The position numbers and the translations under genes were made by a program. From Candidatus Porifericomitaceae bacterium (GTDB lineage: Bacteria; Pseudomonadota; Gammaproteobacteria; Porifericomitales; Porifericomitaceae), in assembly GCA_965212005.1 (NCBI GenBank), contig OZ243038.1:2193432-2257431 (forward strand): DNA of 64,000 nt, given 5' to 3'. Shown in pieces: positions 1-9,549 of the stretch; the stretch's first letter is position 1, and each line of letters opens with the position of its first letter. Below the pieces are notes generated by a model. That model worked only from the letters and a program-made list of their open reading frames with translations. It was not told where the DNA came from and did no database searches.

Positions 1-1
1 G

Positions 2-190
2 CGCTACCTGATGCTGACCGTTCCCATGCCCGCTTGGCAGCGGTCATCGTGTCCCCGCTGTGACGGCGCCGCTCTCTATCGGTACGGTGTGTCCGCCGTG
101 ACCTCGCTGGAGCCGGTTCCGTGCCGACTGTGCCGGACCAGGCCCCTGCCTGCCTGCAGGCCGGCCTCCGGCAGTGCCGCACCGTTTTAG
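2..190 (+). CDS. 3' end of an upstream gene (partial; C-terminal CxxC...CxxC zinc-ribbon-like tail), frame 2, stop TAG 188-190
   Basis: Open frame from the window edge with high GC3. Translation is ...CPRCDGAALYRYGVSAVTSLEPVPCRLCR... The reading frame is ambiguous against the overlapping GTG 121 frame. Confidence 0.25.
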   Translation, partial: RYLMLTVPMPAWQRSSCPRCDGAALYRYGVSAVTSLEPVPCRLCRTRPLPACRPASGSAAPF

Positions 191-192
191 AC

Positions 193-1023
193 ATGGTGTC
201 CTGCGTCCTGGCATTTGACATTGAGACGATCCCGGATATAGAAACCGGGCGGCGTCTGCATGACCTGCATTCTGCCTCCGAGTCGGAGGTGGCCGAGGTG
301 CTGTTTCACTATCGCCGCCAGCAAACCGGCGGCGCCAGCGATTTTCTTCAGCATCTTCTGCATCGGGTGATTGCGATCGCGGTGCTGCTGCGCCGCGGTG
401 ACCAGGTCCGGTTATATTCGCTCGGCACAGAGGAGACCTCCGAGCCTGATCTGCTGCGGGAATTTTTCGGCATCATCGATCAGTACTCGCCTACCCTGGT
501 TTCCTGGAACGGGCGCGGTTTTGATCTGCCAGTGCTGCACTACCGCACCTTGCTGCACGGGATCCGCTCTGAACTCTACTGGGACACCGGGGCCCGGCGC
601 CAGGAATTTCGTTGGAATAACTACCAGTCTCGCTTCCACTCCAGGCATACCGACTTGATGGACGTGCTGGCCGGCTACGATGCGCGCGCGACGGCACCCT
701 TGAACCAGGTAGCGCGCCTGCTGAACCTGCCGGGCAAGCTGGGTATGAAGGGCAGTGAAGTGCTGTCCGCCTGGCAGCGCGGGGAGATAACCGCCATTCG
801 GGATTACTGTGAGATAGACGTATTGCTCACGTATTTGATCTACCTGCGCTACCAACAAATCCGCGGTTTCCATGCGGACGATGACTACGAGCACGAGGTG
901 GACCGGGTATGCGGGTTGCTGCGCGCGTCGAAGCGGGAGCATCTGCAGCGCTTTTGCGCACAATGGGAAGAGTGCAGAAAGCGCCCGGGCCGGGACCGCA
1001 CGGCCACGCACGGGGTGGACTGA
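193..1023 (+). CDS. Predicted 3'-5' exonuclease, RNase H-like, related to the PolB exonuclease domain (COG3298-type)
   Basis: Translation contains FDIETIPD (Exo I DxE motif), NGxxFDLPVL and YCExDV-like motifs typical of DEDDy exonucleases. ATG at 193 follows the TAG of the upstream frame. Confidence 0.6.
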   Translation: MVSCVLAFDIETIPDIETGRRLHDLHSASESEVAEVLFHYRRQQTGGASDFLQHLLHRVIAIAVLLRRGDQVRLYSLGTEETSEPDLLREFFGIIDQYSPTLVSWNGRGFDLPVLHYRTLLHGIRSELYWDTGARRQEFRWNNYQSRFHSRHTDLMDVLAGYDARATAPLNQVARLLNLPGKLGMKGSEVLSAWQRGEITAIRDYCEIDVLLTYLIYLRYQQIRGFHADDDYEHEVDRVCGLLRASKREHLQRFCAQWEECRKRPGRDRTATHGVD

Positions 1024-1178
1024 AGCGCATTGCCGTGGCCAAGCCTGCAACAAAGAAAGTGGAGCCGATACCGGCAACGCCGGATACGCTGAAGGCCAAT
1101 GTGTTTTCCGATGTTCGAACTATACGGTCGCCGCAGCTGGCCGTACCTCGCGGGTTGAAATTGAATGCCCGCCTGAAA

Positions 1179-1793
1179 ATGGACGGGATGAAACTGCTGG
1201 AGAAACTGCCGGCCGAATCAATCCCGGTTGCGTTCTTTGACCCGCAATATCGCGGGATACTTGACAAAATGGCCTACGGCAACGAGGGCAGGAAGCGCGG
1301 GCAACGCCGTTGCGCCTTGCAGCAGATGAGCGAGCAAGTTATCGCCGAATTCGTCCAGGCGATTGCCCGGATACTGATACCATCCGGCCACTTGTTTCTA
1401 TGGATGGACAAGTTCCACCTGTGCAACGGCTTCCGTGAATGGTTGACCGGAACCGATCTTGATGTTGTTGACCTCGTGAATTGGGACAAGGGAAAAATCG
1501 GCATGGGCTACCGGAGTCGCCGCACGACCGAATACTGCATAGTTCTACAACGCGAACCGCGCAAGGCAAAAGGCGTTTGGAAAGTCCACAACATCCCGGA
1601 TACCTGGCCCGAAAAGGCAAAAAATGGAAGCAGTCACCCGCACAATAAACCGATTGACTTGCAGGGGGAATTGATCACCGCCGTAAGTGACGAGGGCGAT
1701 ATTATTGTTGACCCTGCCGCTGGTGATTTTACGGTGATGGAAGCGGCCAACTTGCAGCGGCGTAATTTTCTCGGTTGCGACCTGAACGGCTGA
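1179..1793 (+). CDS. DNA methyltransferase, beta-class N6-adenine/N4-cytosine (motif IV D-P-Q-Y before C-terminal SAM-binding VDPAAGDF)
   Basis: MDGMKLLEKLPAESIPVAFFDPQY resembles the N-terminus of N6/N4 MTases (..SVDLIFTDPPY). The C-terminal IIVDPAAGDFTV is a motif I-like FxGxG. Start chosen after the exonuclease stop; the ORF frame is open from 909. Confidence 0.7.
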   Translation: MDGMKLLEKLPAESIPVAFFDPQYRGILDKMAYGNEGRKRGQRRCALQQMSEQVIAEFVQAIARILIPSGHLFLWMDKFHLCNGFREWLTGTDLDVVDLVNWDKGKIGMGYRSRRTTEYCIVLQREPRKAKGVWKVHNIPDTWPEKAKNGSSHPHNKPIDLQGELITAVSDEGDIIVDPAAGDFTVMEAANLQRRNFLGCDLNG

Positions 1794-2327
1794 ATGGCAT
1801 TTCTACCAGACGCCGGAGTCAAGGAGACTTCCGGCGCAGGCGGATACGACAGATGGTTCGGCATCCCCGCATTAGGAGGATTGATCAGCCGTATCCGGTC
1901 CGCCGTCATATCACTGGGTAAGGAACTGGAGCAGATGATACCGGAGCGCGGCCGGCAGATTGAAAACCTGGACGAGTTCTTGAAACCGGAGATTATGCCA
2001 GGCGGCGTACTGATAGCGACAAAGCGGCAAGTCGAGCCATGCGAGTCGATTGACTGCCCCGGTTCAGGGCCGGACTTTGTGATATTCAAGCGGCGCGACG
2101 GCAGGCAAAACTGCTATGTTGCAGAGTTGAAAGACGGCCGCCCGTTTGACACGAAAAAGGCAGGAGCGGAACGGTGGCAGGCGATACATTCATTCATTGG
2201 GCGGAGCTCTCCCCGGCTGCAATATCGCGTGTCCGCCCATTTCTGCTGTTGCAATCAAGAGGACCGCAAAGCTATTATCGTTGGCTCCAGGGGCAAGATA
2301 ACGCCACGGGAAGCGATGACGGGCTGA
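1794..2327 (+). CDS. Hypothetical protein, candidate PD-(D/E)xK-type nuclease translationally coupled to the methyltransferase
   Basis: ATG 1794 abuts the MTase TGA (ctgaATGg). PDFVIF...(17 aa)...VAELK fits D...(D/E)xK spacing. No family recognised. Confidence 0.4.
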   Translation: MAFLPDAGVKETSGAGGYDRWFGIPALGGLISRIRSAVISLGKELEQMIPERGRQIENLDEFLKPEIMPGGVLIATKRQVEPCESIDCPGSGPDFVIFKRRDGRQNCYVAELKDGRPFDTKKAGAERWQAIHSFIGRSSPRLQYRVSAHFCCCNQEDRKAIIVGSRGKITPREAMTG

Positions 2328-2667
2328 GAGTTCTGCGGCCTGTTGGAAATTGATTACGATGAAATCGTGGCGATACGCCAGGAAGTACAGCCGGTGAAGG
2401 TCCGTTTTTCCCTTGCTGAACGGGTACGGGGATCCGGGAAATCCGCAAGGCTTGGAAGCCGGTACTCAAAAACGGCGATGATTAGAGTTGTATATCATTC
2501 CCCTGGCGAATGTTCTGCAGGCGCGGATTGAGATGGTGCCGGCGTGTCCGTCGGTCGCAAGCCCGGCGCCGTTATCCCTTACCTGCCCGCTGGATCCTGC
2601 AGATTCCAACGTGCGCTCCGGTGCGACGCAATCTTTGCCGGCGGTGACCGGCCTTCCAGTCTCATGC

Positions 2668-4215
2668 GTGCACCGGCGGTCGGGGGCGCGGGTTTGCTCG
2701 CGCCGAGGCCCAGCCAGAAATACCCTGTGCTGGATCCTGTCGTTGTTGCCGGCGCTGCTGTACCTGCCTTGGGTGTCCGGCTGTACCGTGCCGCCCGATG
2801 CGACCATCCGTTTCGGCATCCCTGTCGCCCCGTTGACTTTGGACCCGCGCCGCAGCAGCAGTGCCGCCTCCGAGCGGATTGGCCAACTGCTCTACCGCGC
2901 CTTAGTGCGTTTTAATGCGCAGTATCAGCCGGTCCCGGACCTGGCTGACTGGGAGCAAATGGACCGTAGACACTATCGCTTCACGCTGGGCGATGCCGGG
3001 CGTCGCTTTCACGATGGAAGCCGCCTGGTCGCTGCCGACGTAAAAGCGACCTACGACTGGATACTGGATCCGGACAACGGTTCCGTAAAGAGGGGTGCGC
3101 TGGATTCCATCGAGCGGGTCGAGACGGCGGGAAAGGACGTGGTCGACTTTTTTCTGCGCCGCCCGGATGCGCTGTTTCCTGCTCACCTGACGGTGGGCAT
3201 CGTGCCGGCGGCTCTGATCGCCGCCGGGCACGTGCTGGATGATCAGCCGATGGGCAGCGGGCCGTTTCGCTTTCTCGCCCGGCAGGCAGATGACACCCTG
3301 TCGCTGCTGCGCGTGAAGGATGGGCAGCGGGTCGATTTTGTCGTCGTGAAGGAGCCTGTGGTGCGCGTGCTTAAACTGGTCCGCGGCGAGCTGGATTTGA
3401 TCCAGGGCGAAGTTCCCTACGAAATGCGCGCCTGGCTGGAGCGGCATCCGCAAGTGCGCGTGCAAAGCCGCCCCGGTAACGTCTATACTTACGTGGGCTT
3501 TCATTTACAGCATCCGCTGTTGCGTAACTTGCTGGTGCGGCAGGCGATTTCTTATGCCTTGGACCGGGACGCGATCATTCGCTACATGATGCACGGAGAA
3601 GCGGAGAAGGCCGACTCGATGATGCCATCGGGCCACTGGCTGAAACACCCTGCGTTGCCGGAATATGAGTATGATCCGCCACGCGCGCGGCGCTTGCTGC
3701 AGCAGGCCGGATACTACGACGGCCCCAGGCCTGCGCTGGAGTACAAGACTTCCGGCAATCCTTTCCGCATCCGCCTGGCGACCGTGATCCAGCATCAGTT
3801 GGCCGAGGTTGGGCTGCAGGTGCGGCTGCGCCCGCTTGAATGGGGCACTTTTTTCGGCGACGTCCGCGAGGGACGCTTTCAACTCTACAGCTTGTCCTGG
3901 GTAGGCATTAAACTGCCCGATATTTACCGTCGTGTCTTTCACAGCGAGTCAGTACCGCCAGCGGGTGCCAACCGCGGACGCTACGCCGATGCCACCGTTG
4001 ATCGTTTGATCGATGAAGCCGAGCAGGCACGGAACGAGACCTCGCGGCGCAGCGCCTACCTGCAATTGCAGGAGCATCTGCATCAGCAATTGCCCTACGT
4101 CCCTTTATGGCACGAACACTACGTGTTGGCACTGCGTTCCGAGATCATCGGCTACCAGTTGGATGCGGAGGGAAGCTACCGCGGGCTGAGCGAAATTTAC
4201 CGGGAAGCGCAGTGA
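2668..4215 (+). CDS. ABC transporter substrate-binding protein, family 5 (peptide/nickel/opine-type, DppA/OppA-like), lipoprotein-type signal peptide
   Basis: 575-aa ORF with SBP_bac_5-like architecture. N-terminal LLPALLYLPWVSGC lipobox. GTG 2668 proposed as start; the ORF frame is open from 2488. Confidence 0.75.
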   Translation: MHRRSGARVCSRRGPARNTLCWILSLLPALLYLPWVSGCTVPPDATIRFGIPVAPLTLDPRRSSSAASERIGQLLYRALVRFNAQYQPVPDLADWEQMDRRHYRFTLGDAGRRFHDGSRLVAADVKATYDWILDPDNGSVKRGALDSIERVETAGKDVVDFFLRRPDALFPAHLTVGIVPAALIAAGHVLDDQPMGSGPFRFLARQADDTLSLLRVKDGQRVDFVVVKEPVVRVLKLVRGELDLIQGEVPYEMRAWLERHPQVRVQSRPGNVYTYVGFHLQHPLLRNLLVRQAISYALDRDAIIRYMMHGEAEKADSMMPSGHWLKHPALPEYEYDPPRARRLLQQAGYYDGPRPALEYKTSGNPFRIRLATVIQHQLAEVGLQVRLRPLEWGTFFGDVREGRFQLYSLSWVGIKLPDIYRRVFHSESVPPAGANRGRYADATVDRLIDEAEQARNETSRRSAYLQLQEHLHQQLPYVPLWHEHYVLALRSEIIGYQLDAEGSYRGLSEIYREAQ

Positions 4216-4739
4216 ACGCGGCGGCCGAACCGTGTATCCGTGTGCTATTGGATCAGCAGCTTCTGCTGCTCGAGCGCGAAGACGGCCGTCTGGAGCGCAG
4301 TTATATGATCTCCAGCGCGGCCAAAGGCGTCGGTGAGCAGTGGGGGAGCGAGTGCACGCCGCGCGGACGGCACCGGATCCGCCGCTGCATCGGTGCCGGC
4401 TGCGCCGAAAATACCGTCTTTGCGGCCCGGCGCCCTACCGGTGAGCTTTATTCCGCCGAGCTTGCACGCCGTCATCCAAACCGCGACTGGATCCTGACGC
4501 GGATTTTGTGGCTCGAAGGTATAGAGGAAGGGTTCAACCGGGGCGGCCGGGTAGACACGGGCCGGCGCCATATCTACATTCACGGCACGCCGGACCAGAC
4601 CCGGCTCGGGATCCCCGGCTCCCACGGCTGTATCCGCATGAGCAACCAGGAGATCATTGAATTGTACAATGCTGTCCGGGAAGGCACGCCGGTGTTCATC
4701 CACGAGAGCGCCGACTCGGAGCACATACAGCACCGGTAG
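4212..4739 (+). CDS. L,D-transpeptidase (YkuD domain)
   Basis: HIYIHGTPDQTRLGIPGSHGCIRM is the catalytic H..(S/T)HGC motif. GTG start overlaps the upstream stop (GTGA). Confidence 0.8.
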   Translation: MNAAAEPCIRVLLDQQLLLLEREDGRLERSYMISSAAKGVGEQWGSECTPRGRHRIRRCIGAGCAENTVFAARRPTGELYSAELARRHPNRDWILTRILWLEGIEEGFNRGGRVDTGRRHIYIHGTPDQTRLGIPGSHGCIRMSNQEIIELYNAVREGTPVFIHESADSEHIQHR

Positions 4740-4753
4740 GCGGTTCCGGGTAA

Positions 4754-4762
4754 GGGCTGGCG
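4754..4762. repeat. 9-bp direct repeat GGGCTGGCG flanking the island, left copy (candidate target-site duplication)
   Basis: Identical 9-mer immediately outside both terminal inverted repeats, at 4754-4762 and 20463-20471. Confidence 0.6.
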
Positions 4763-4835
4763 CTAGCCGTTACTGAATCGAGTTGGTCAAAATGAACCAT
4801 TCTGAATTCCCTGCTGGCGAGCCGAACTCGCAGAG
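4763..4835. repeat. Left terminal inverted repeat (~73 bp) of the accessory island
   Basis: ctagccgttactgaatcgagttggtcaaaatgaaccattctgaattccctgctggcgagccgaactcgcagag. Its near-perfect reverse complement occurs at 20389-20462. Confidence 0.75.
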
Positions 4836-4838
4836 CAG

Positions 4839-5400
4839 TGAACCCCAAAATTTGGATAGTAGTTTAAGGTGTAGTTTAGTCTACATGAGGAACTACACAG
4901 AGGACAAAACGAAAGAAATACTCTCCTGGGCGGAAAGCGCGGGCTGCCTTGGCGGTGACCCGTGGAGATGGCACGAGCGCCGAGTTGGCACAGAAGTTCG
5001 GAGTGCACCCCAATAGGATTACCCAGTGGAAACGCGAAGCGCTCGATGGCATGGAGGATACCTTCACCGAGACGGCAAGCGCCGCCCCGAGCCGGAGGCG
5101 GACATCAAAACGCTGCAGGCCAAGGTCGGCTAACTCATTGTAGAGCGGTATTTTTTAGCCAGGGCCTTCGAGTGATCTTCCCCCTGTTGGGTAGCCATTC
5201 AAAGAGAGACAAAATATCTTATCCTGCCGCCTCTGCCTCGAACACAGCCGGCACCAGATAATGGAGTGAACTATGTGGTCGGGTGCCAGCCTGCATAAGC
5301 TCAGAAACATAGGGCATTTTTCGGGCCAGTAGCGGTGCCAATCCACGTTGACAATGGCGAAGAGCGGCAGTAGCTTTGAATAGTCGAAGGCTGTTGTTGG
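4839..5400 (+). mobile_element. IS3-family insertion sequence remnant (orfA with frameshifts, fragment of orfB integrase core; non-functional)
   Basis: Starts TGAACCCC (IS3-type IRL tip). Translation fragments AELAQKFGVHPNRITQWKREAL (HTH), EADIKTLQAKVG and LIVERYFLARA (leucine-zipper/frameshift region), VPIHVDNGEE (DDE core-like), in different frames. Confidence 0.6.
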
Positions 5401-5419
5401 CTGGGAGAGTAACGACGAG

Positions 5420-5872
5420 ATGATCGGCAGATATGGCTTGATATGCGCCGTTTTGGCATTGTTTCTGGGGGCAGGAGGGTGGTATGTGCTGGGTCCGGCA
5501 AAACTTGGGCGTGCGCCGGTGCCCGCCCCGCTGGCTGTTTCCGATTCCTCTGCCAGCGCTCCTGGCGATTCCGCCGCATCACCTTTTATAGGGCCGTCCG
5601 CTTCGAGCCCGGTCGCTTCCGGTGCGCCCGCACTTTTGTATCCGCAAAGCCCGGAAGAGCTGACGGGCATGAAGAGGCGTGCCGATCGGCTGATTGAAGA
5701 GACCGATGACTGGTTGAGCACCCTGCCGCCGTTACCCGGAGCAGGGACCGCCGCCGCTCCTGCTCCTGTCCTCAGCGATGAGGAATTTGAGCGCCGTCAG
5801 CTTGCCGTGAGCAACAAGGCGGCCCGCTTGCAGGAGCGTGCCGGGTCAGGCTCGCAGGAGGCCGGACCGTGA
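5420..5872 (+). CDS. Hypothetical membrane-anchored protein with Pro/Ala/Ser-rich low-complexity region
   Basis: N-terminal TM helix (LICAVLALFLGAGGWYVL) then PAS-rich linker. No recognisable domain. The start is uncertain. Confidence 0.35.
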   Translation: MIGRYGLICAVLALFLGAGGWYVLGPAKLGRAPVPAPLAVSDSSASAPGDSAASPFIGPSASSPVASGAPALLYPQSPEELTGMKRRADRLIEETDDWLSTLPPLPGAGTAAAPAPVLSDEEFERRQLAVSNKAARLQERAGSGSQEAGP

Positions 5873-5948
5873 TGTATCACCGCCGCTGGCGCCGTCTGTG
5901 CGGCTGGTTGTGCCATTGGGCCATGTTGGCGCCATTAGGGGTTGGCGG

Positions 5949-6395
5949 ATGAACATTATAAAAAAACGATTGTTGCTGGCCATACTTGCCATATTTGTAT
6001 TGTTTGGAACAGCGTCCTGCAGTTATCCCTTTTACATGAAAGCATCAGGTAGTTTGGATCATTCAATTTTGTTCCAGTTTTTCAAAGAGGAAAATGATGA
6101 AAAGCCATCGAAATTCGATATTACTGTGTTTACAGTTTATGGACAGACAGCCGATGCTCAATGGATCCCCATATGGCGTCTCATTGGCGGCCAGACTCTG
6201 AGTAGTATTGAGTACGGTATAAATATACAGTATAAGGGGCTTACTGAAATCGTGCCGCATAAACCACTCGCAAAGGGTAAGCAATATGAAGCGGTTGCGG
6301 CAGGTTCAGTATGGCCTAAGCCAGGGTTGGGACACGCGAGAATTGATTTCTTTTTTGATGAAGGAGGCAATTTGATTCAGGGCAGTATCAAGTAA
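5949..6395 (+). CDS. Small secreted/lipoprotein, cassette copy 1 (148 aa; MNIIKKRLLLAILAIFVLFGTASC...)
   Basis: Signal peptide with Cys at +1 region (..FGTASC). AGGGG RBS 9 nt upstream of ATG. Four paralogous copies in tandem. Confidence 0.65.
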   Translation: MNIIKKRLLLAILAIFVLFGTASCSYPFYMKASGSLDHSILFQFFKEENDEKPSKFDITVFTVYGQTADAQWIPIWRLIGGQTLSSIEYGINIQYKGLTEIVPHKPLAKGKQYEAVAAGSVWPKPGLGHARIDFFFDEGGNLIQGSIK

Positions 6396-6445
6396 TCATT
6401 ATGCCTCCAAGAACCGGCTGGTTGTTACATCTGCATGTTTAAGGA

Positions 6446-6958
6446 TTGCCCTCAGCGTTCCCTCCGGCATATCCCCGGGATGGTTGGGAATGGTCGTGTA
6501 TTTATAATGCAGCCGCTGCTTCGCGACGGGCAAGCGGCAGAGCTTTAACTGCGGATGAAATAGAGTTGCTAGAGGGGGAGGGGGTCAGTTTCGATGGGTT
6601 AGATGTTTCGAAGGTGCGGATTATCAACGGAAAATATATTCCGTTTCAGAATCGTCCCATGGCTCCGGATGGCTATATCTACTGGCCGGGTGAGTGCGGT
6701 AACTTAGCATCATGCGGTGGAGTAGGTACGGCAAGAACTTTCATCCATGAAATGACACATGTTTGGCAACACCAGCAGGGTGTCAACGTGCTCGGTAGAG
6801 GGTTCCTGCTCCAGGCTGCAAGGGGTTTGAGCCTCGGTCTTTTTGATCCATACAGCCTTAAGGGATACGATCCCAACGGTCCCAACCTACCCTTCAACAT
6901 CGAGCAGGAGGCCGAAGTAAAGAGACTCGAGTATATAAGATGGAAGAAATCTCAATGA
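6446..6958 (+). CDS. HExxH metallopeptidase-motif protein, DUF4157-like (HEMTHVWQHQ), cassette copy 1
   Basis: GKYIPFQNRPMAPDGYIYWPG...TFIHEMTHVWQHQ matches the DUF4157 pattern (HExxHvxQ) from memory. TTG start; no signal peptide. Confidence 0.55.
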   Translation: MPSAFPPAYPRDGWEWSCIYNAAAASRRASGRALTADEIELLEGEGVSFDGLDVSKVRIINGKYIPFQNRPMAPDGYIYWPGECGNLASCGGVGTARTFIHEMTHVWQHQQGVNVLGRGFLLQAARGLSLGLFDPYSLKGYDPNGPNLPFNIEQEAEVKRLEYIRWKKSQ

Positions 6959-6985
6959 TGAAAACAATATCGTAGGGGTTGGCGG

Positions 6986-7423
6986 ATGAACATTATAAAA
7001 AAACGATTGTTGCTGGCCATACTTGCCATATTTGTATTGTTTGGAGCGTCCTGCAGTTATTCATTTTCCATGAAAGTATCAGGTAATTTGGATCATTCAA
7101 TTTTGTTCCAGTTTTTCAAAGAGGAAAATGATGAAAAGCCATCGAAATTCGATATTACTGGGTTTACAGTTTATAGACATACAGCCGATGCTCAATGGAT
7201 CGTCATATGGGATCTAATTGGCAGCCAGACTCTGAGCAGTATTGAGTACGGTATAAAGTATAAGGGGCTTACTGAAATCGTGCCGCATAAACCACTCGCA
7301 AAGGGTAAGCAATATGAAGCGATTGCGGAAGGTTCAGTCTGGCCTCGAGGGCCGACGGGGAGCGCGGGAATTGTTTTCTTTTTTGATGAAGGAGGCAATT
7401 TGATTCAGGGCTGGATCAAGTAA
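6986..7423 (+). CDS. Small secreted/lipoprotein, cassette copy 2 (145 aa)
   Basis: Paralog of 5949-6395 with substitutions clustered in the C-terminal third. Confidence 0.65.
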   Translation: MNIIKKRLLLAILAIFVLFGASCSYSFSMKVSGNLDHSILFQFFKEENDEKPSKFDITGFTVYRHTADAQWIVIWDLIGSQTLSSIEYGIKYKGLTEIVPHKPLAKGKQYEAIAEGSVWPRGPTGSAGIVFFFDEGGNLIQGWIK

Positions 7424-7473
7424 TCATTATGCTTCCAAGAACCGGCTGGTTGTTACATCTGCATGTTTAAGGA

Positions 7474-7989
7474 TTGCCCTCAGCGTTCCCTCCGGCATAT
7501 CCCCGGGATGGTTGGGAATGGTCGTGTATTTATAATGCAGCCGCTGCTTCGCGACGGGCAAGCGGCAGAGCTTTAACTGCGGATGAAGTAAAGGTGGCAA
7601 AGGAGGTCTTTGACAATAAGATCGATTATTCGAAGGTGCGGATTATCGACGGAAAATATATTCCGTTTCAGAATCGTCCCATGGCTCCGGATGGCTATAT
7701 CTACTGGCCGGGTGAGTGCGGTAACTTAGCATCATGCGGTGAAGTAGATACGGCAGACACTTTCATCCATGAAATGACACATGTTTGGCAACACCAGCAT
7801 GGTGTCAACGTGCTCGGTAGAGGGTTCCTGCTCCAGGCTGCAAGGGGTTTGAGCCTCGGTCTTTTTGATCCATACAGCCTTAAGGGATACGATTCCAAAA
7901 AAGCCTTCAGCTCCTACAATATCGAGCAGCAGGGCCAAATAGCGGTAGGCATCTATCGTGGCCATTATCCAAACAACATCAACTACTGA
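7474..7989 (+). CDS. HExxH/DUF4157-like protein, cassette copy 2 (distinct N-linker and C-terminus)
   Basis: Same HEMTHVWQHQ core. Differs from copy 1 at ADEVKVAKEVFDNKIDYS and in the C-terminal 35 aa. Confidence 0.55.
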   Translation: MPSAFPPAYPRDGWEWSCIYNAAAASRRASGRALTADEVKVAKEVFDNKIDYSKVRIIDGKYIPFQNRPMAPDGYIYWPGECGNLASCGEVDTADTFIHEMTHVWQHQHGVNVLGRGFLLQAARGLSLGLFDPYSLKGYDSKKAFSSYNIEQQGQIAVGIYRGHYPNNINY

Positions 7990-8005
7990 TGCTAGGGGTT
8001 GGCGG

Positions 8006-8443
8006 ATGAACATCATAAAAAAACGATTGTTGCTGGCCATACTTACCATATTTGTATTGTTTGGAACAGCGTCCTGCAGTTATCCCTTTTACATGAAAGC
8101 ATCAGGTAGCTTGGATCATTCAATTTTGTTCCGGTTTTTCAAAGAGAAAAATGATGAAAAGCCATCGAAATTCAAGATTAATATATTTATAGTTCAGGAA
8201 CAGACAGCCGATGCTCAATGGATCGTCATATGGCATCTACAAGGCAGCCAGACTCTGAGCAGTATTGAGTACGGTATAAAGTATAAGGGGCTTGCTGAAA
8301 TCGTGCCGCATAAACCACTCGCAAAGGGTAAGCAATATCGAGCATATGCAAATGGTTCAGTATGGCCTGGAAGGGGGGGGAGCGCGGTAACTGATTTCTT
8401 TTTTGATGAAGGAGGCAATTTGATTCAGGGCAGTATCAAGTAA
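8006..8443 (+). CDS. Small secreted/lipoprotein, cassette copy 3 (145 aa)
   Basis: MNIIKKRLLLAILTIFVLFGTASC... The ORF frame is open from 7958, but a conserved ATG/RBS lies at 8006. Confidence 0.65.
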   Translation: MNIIKKRLLLAILTIFVLFGTASCSYPFYMKASGSLDHSILFRFFKEKNDEKPSKFKINIFIVQEQTADAQWIVIWHLQGSQTLSSIEYGIKYKGLAEIVPHKPLAKGKQYRAYANGSVWPGRGGSAVTDFFFDEGGNLIQGSIK

Positions 8444-8472
8444 TCATTATGCCGCCAAGAACCGGCTGGTTA

Positions 8473-9034
8473 TTACATCTGCATGTTTAAGGATTGCCCT
8501 CAGCGTTCCCTCCGGCATATCCCCGGGATGGTTGGGAATGGTCGTGTATTTACAATGCAGCCGCTGCTTCGCGACGGGCAAGCGGCAGAGCTTTAACTGC
8601 GGATGAAGTGCGGCAGAGCTTTAACTGCGGATGAAATAGAGTTGCTAGAGGGGGAGGGGGTCAGTTTCGATGGGTTAGATGTTTCGAAGGTGCGGATTAT
8701 CAACGGAAAATATATTCCGTTTCAGAATCGTCCCATGGCTCCGGATGGCTATATCTACTGGCCGGGTGAGTGCGGTAACTTAGCATCATGCGGTGGAGTA
8801 GGTACGGCAAGAACTTTCATCCATGAAATGACACATGTTTGGCAACACCAGCAGGGTGTCAACGTGCTCGGTAGAGGGTTCCTGCTCCATGCTGCAAGGG
8901 TTTTGAGCCGCGATCTTTTTGATCCATACAGCCTTAAACACTACGATCCCAACGGTCCCAACCTACCCTTCAACATCGAGCAGGAGGCCCAAGTAAAGGT
9001 CCTCGAGTATATAAGATGGAAGGAATCTCAATGA
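8473..9034 (+). pseudogene. HExxH/DUF4157-like gene, cassette copy 3, N-terminal frame broken by a 28-bp internal duplication (possible restart at ATG 8603)
   Basis: gcggcagagctttaactgcggatgaa is duplicated at 8575-8632, shifting the conserved TTG-start leader out of frame. Downstream 143 codons are intact. Confidence 0.55.
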
Positions 9035-9061
9035 TGAAAACAATATCGTAGGGGTTGGCGG

Positions 9062-9499
9062 ATGAATATTATAAAAAAACGATTGTTGCTGGCCATACTT
9101 GCCATATTTGTATTGTTTGGAGCGTCCTGCAGTTATTCATTTTCCATGAAAGTATCAGGTAATTTGGATCATTCAATTTTGTTCCAGTTTTTCAAAGAGG
9201 AAAATGATGAAAAGCCATCGAAATTCGATATTACTGGGTTTACAGTTTATAGACATACAGCCGATGCTCAATGGATCGTCATATGGGATCTAATTGGCAG
9301 CCAGACTCTGAGCAGTATTGAGTACGGTATAAAGTATAAGGGGCTTACTGAGATCGTGCCGCATAAACCACTCGCAAAAGGTAAGCAATATGATGTTGTT
9401 GTGCACGGTTCAGTCTGGCCTCGAGGGCCGACGGGGGGCACGGGATTTGTTTTCTTTTTTGATGAAGGAGGCAATTTTATTCAGGGCTGGATCAAGTAA
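9062..9499 (+). CDS. Small secreted/lipoprotein, cassette copy 4 (145 aa)
   Basis: Nearly identical to copy 2. Confidence 0.65.
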   Translation: MNIIKKRLLLAILAIFVLFGASCSYSFSMKVSGNLDHSILFQFFKEENDEKPSKFDITGFTVYRHTADAQWIVIWDLIGSQTLSSIEYGIKYKGLTEIVPHKPLAKGKQYDVVVHGSVWPRGPTGGTGFVFFFDEGGNFIQGWIK

Positions 9500-9549
9500 T
9501 CATTATGCTTCCAAGAACCGGCTGGTTGTTACATCTGCATGTTTAAGGA

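Noticed and set aside
371-1267. Overlapping alternative-frame ORFs (371-658 +, 412-1077 -, 827-1267 -, 872-1240 +)
   Set aside because: High-GC frame artefacts (Arg/Pro/Ala-rich) nested within the exonuclease and MTase genes, which have recognisable motifs.
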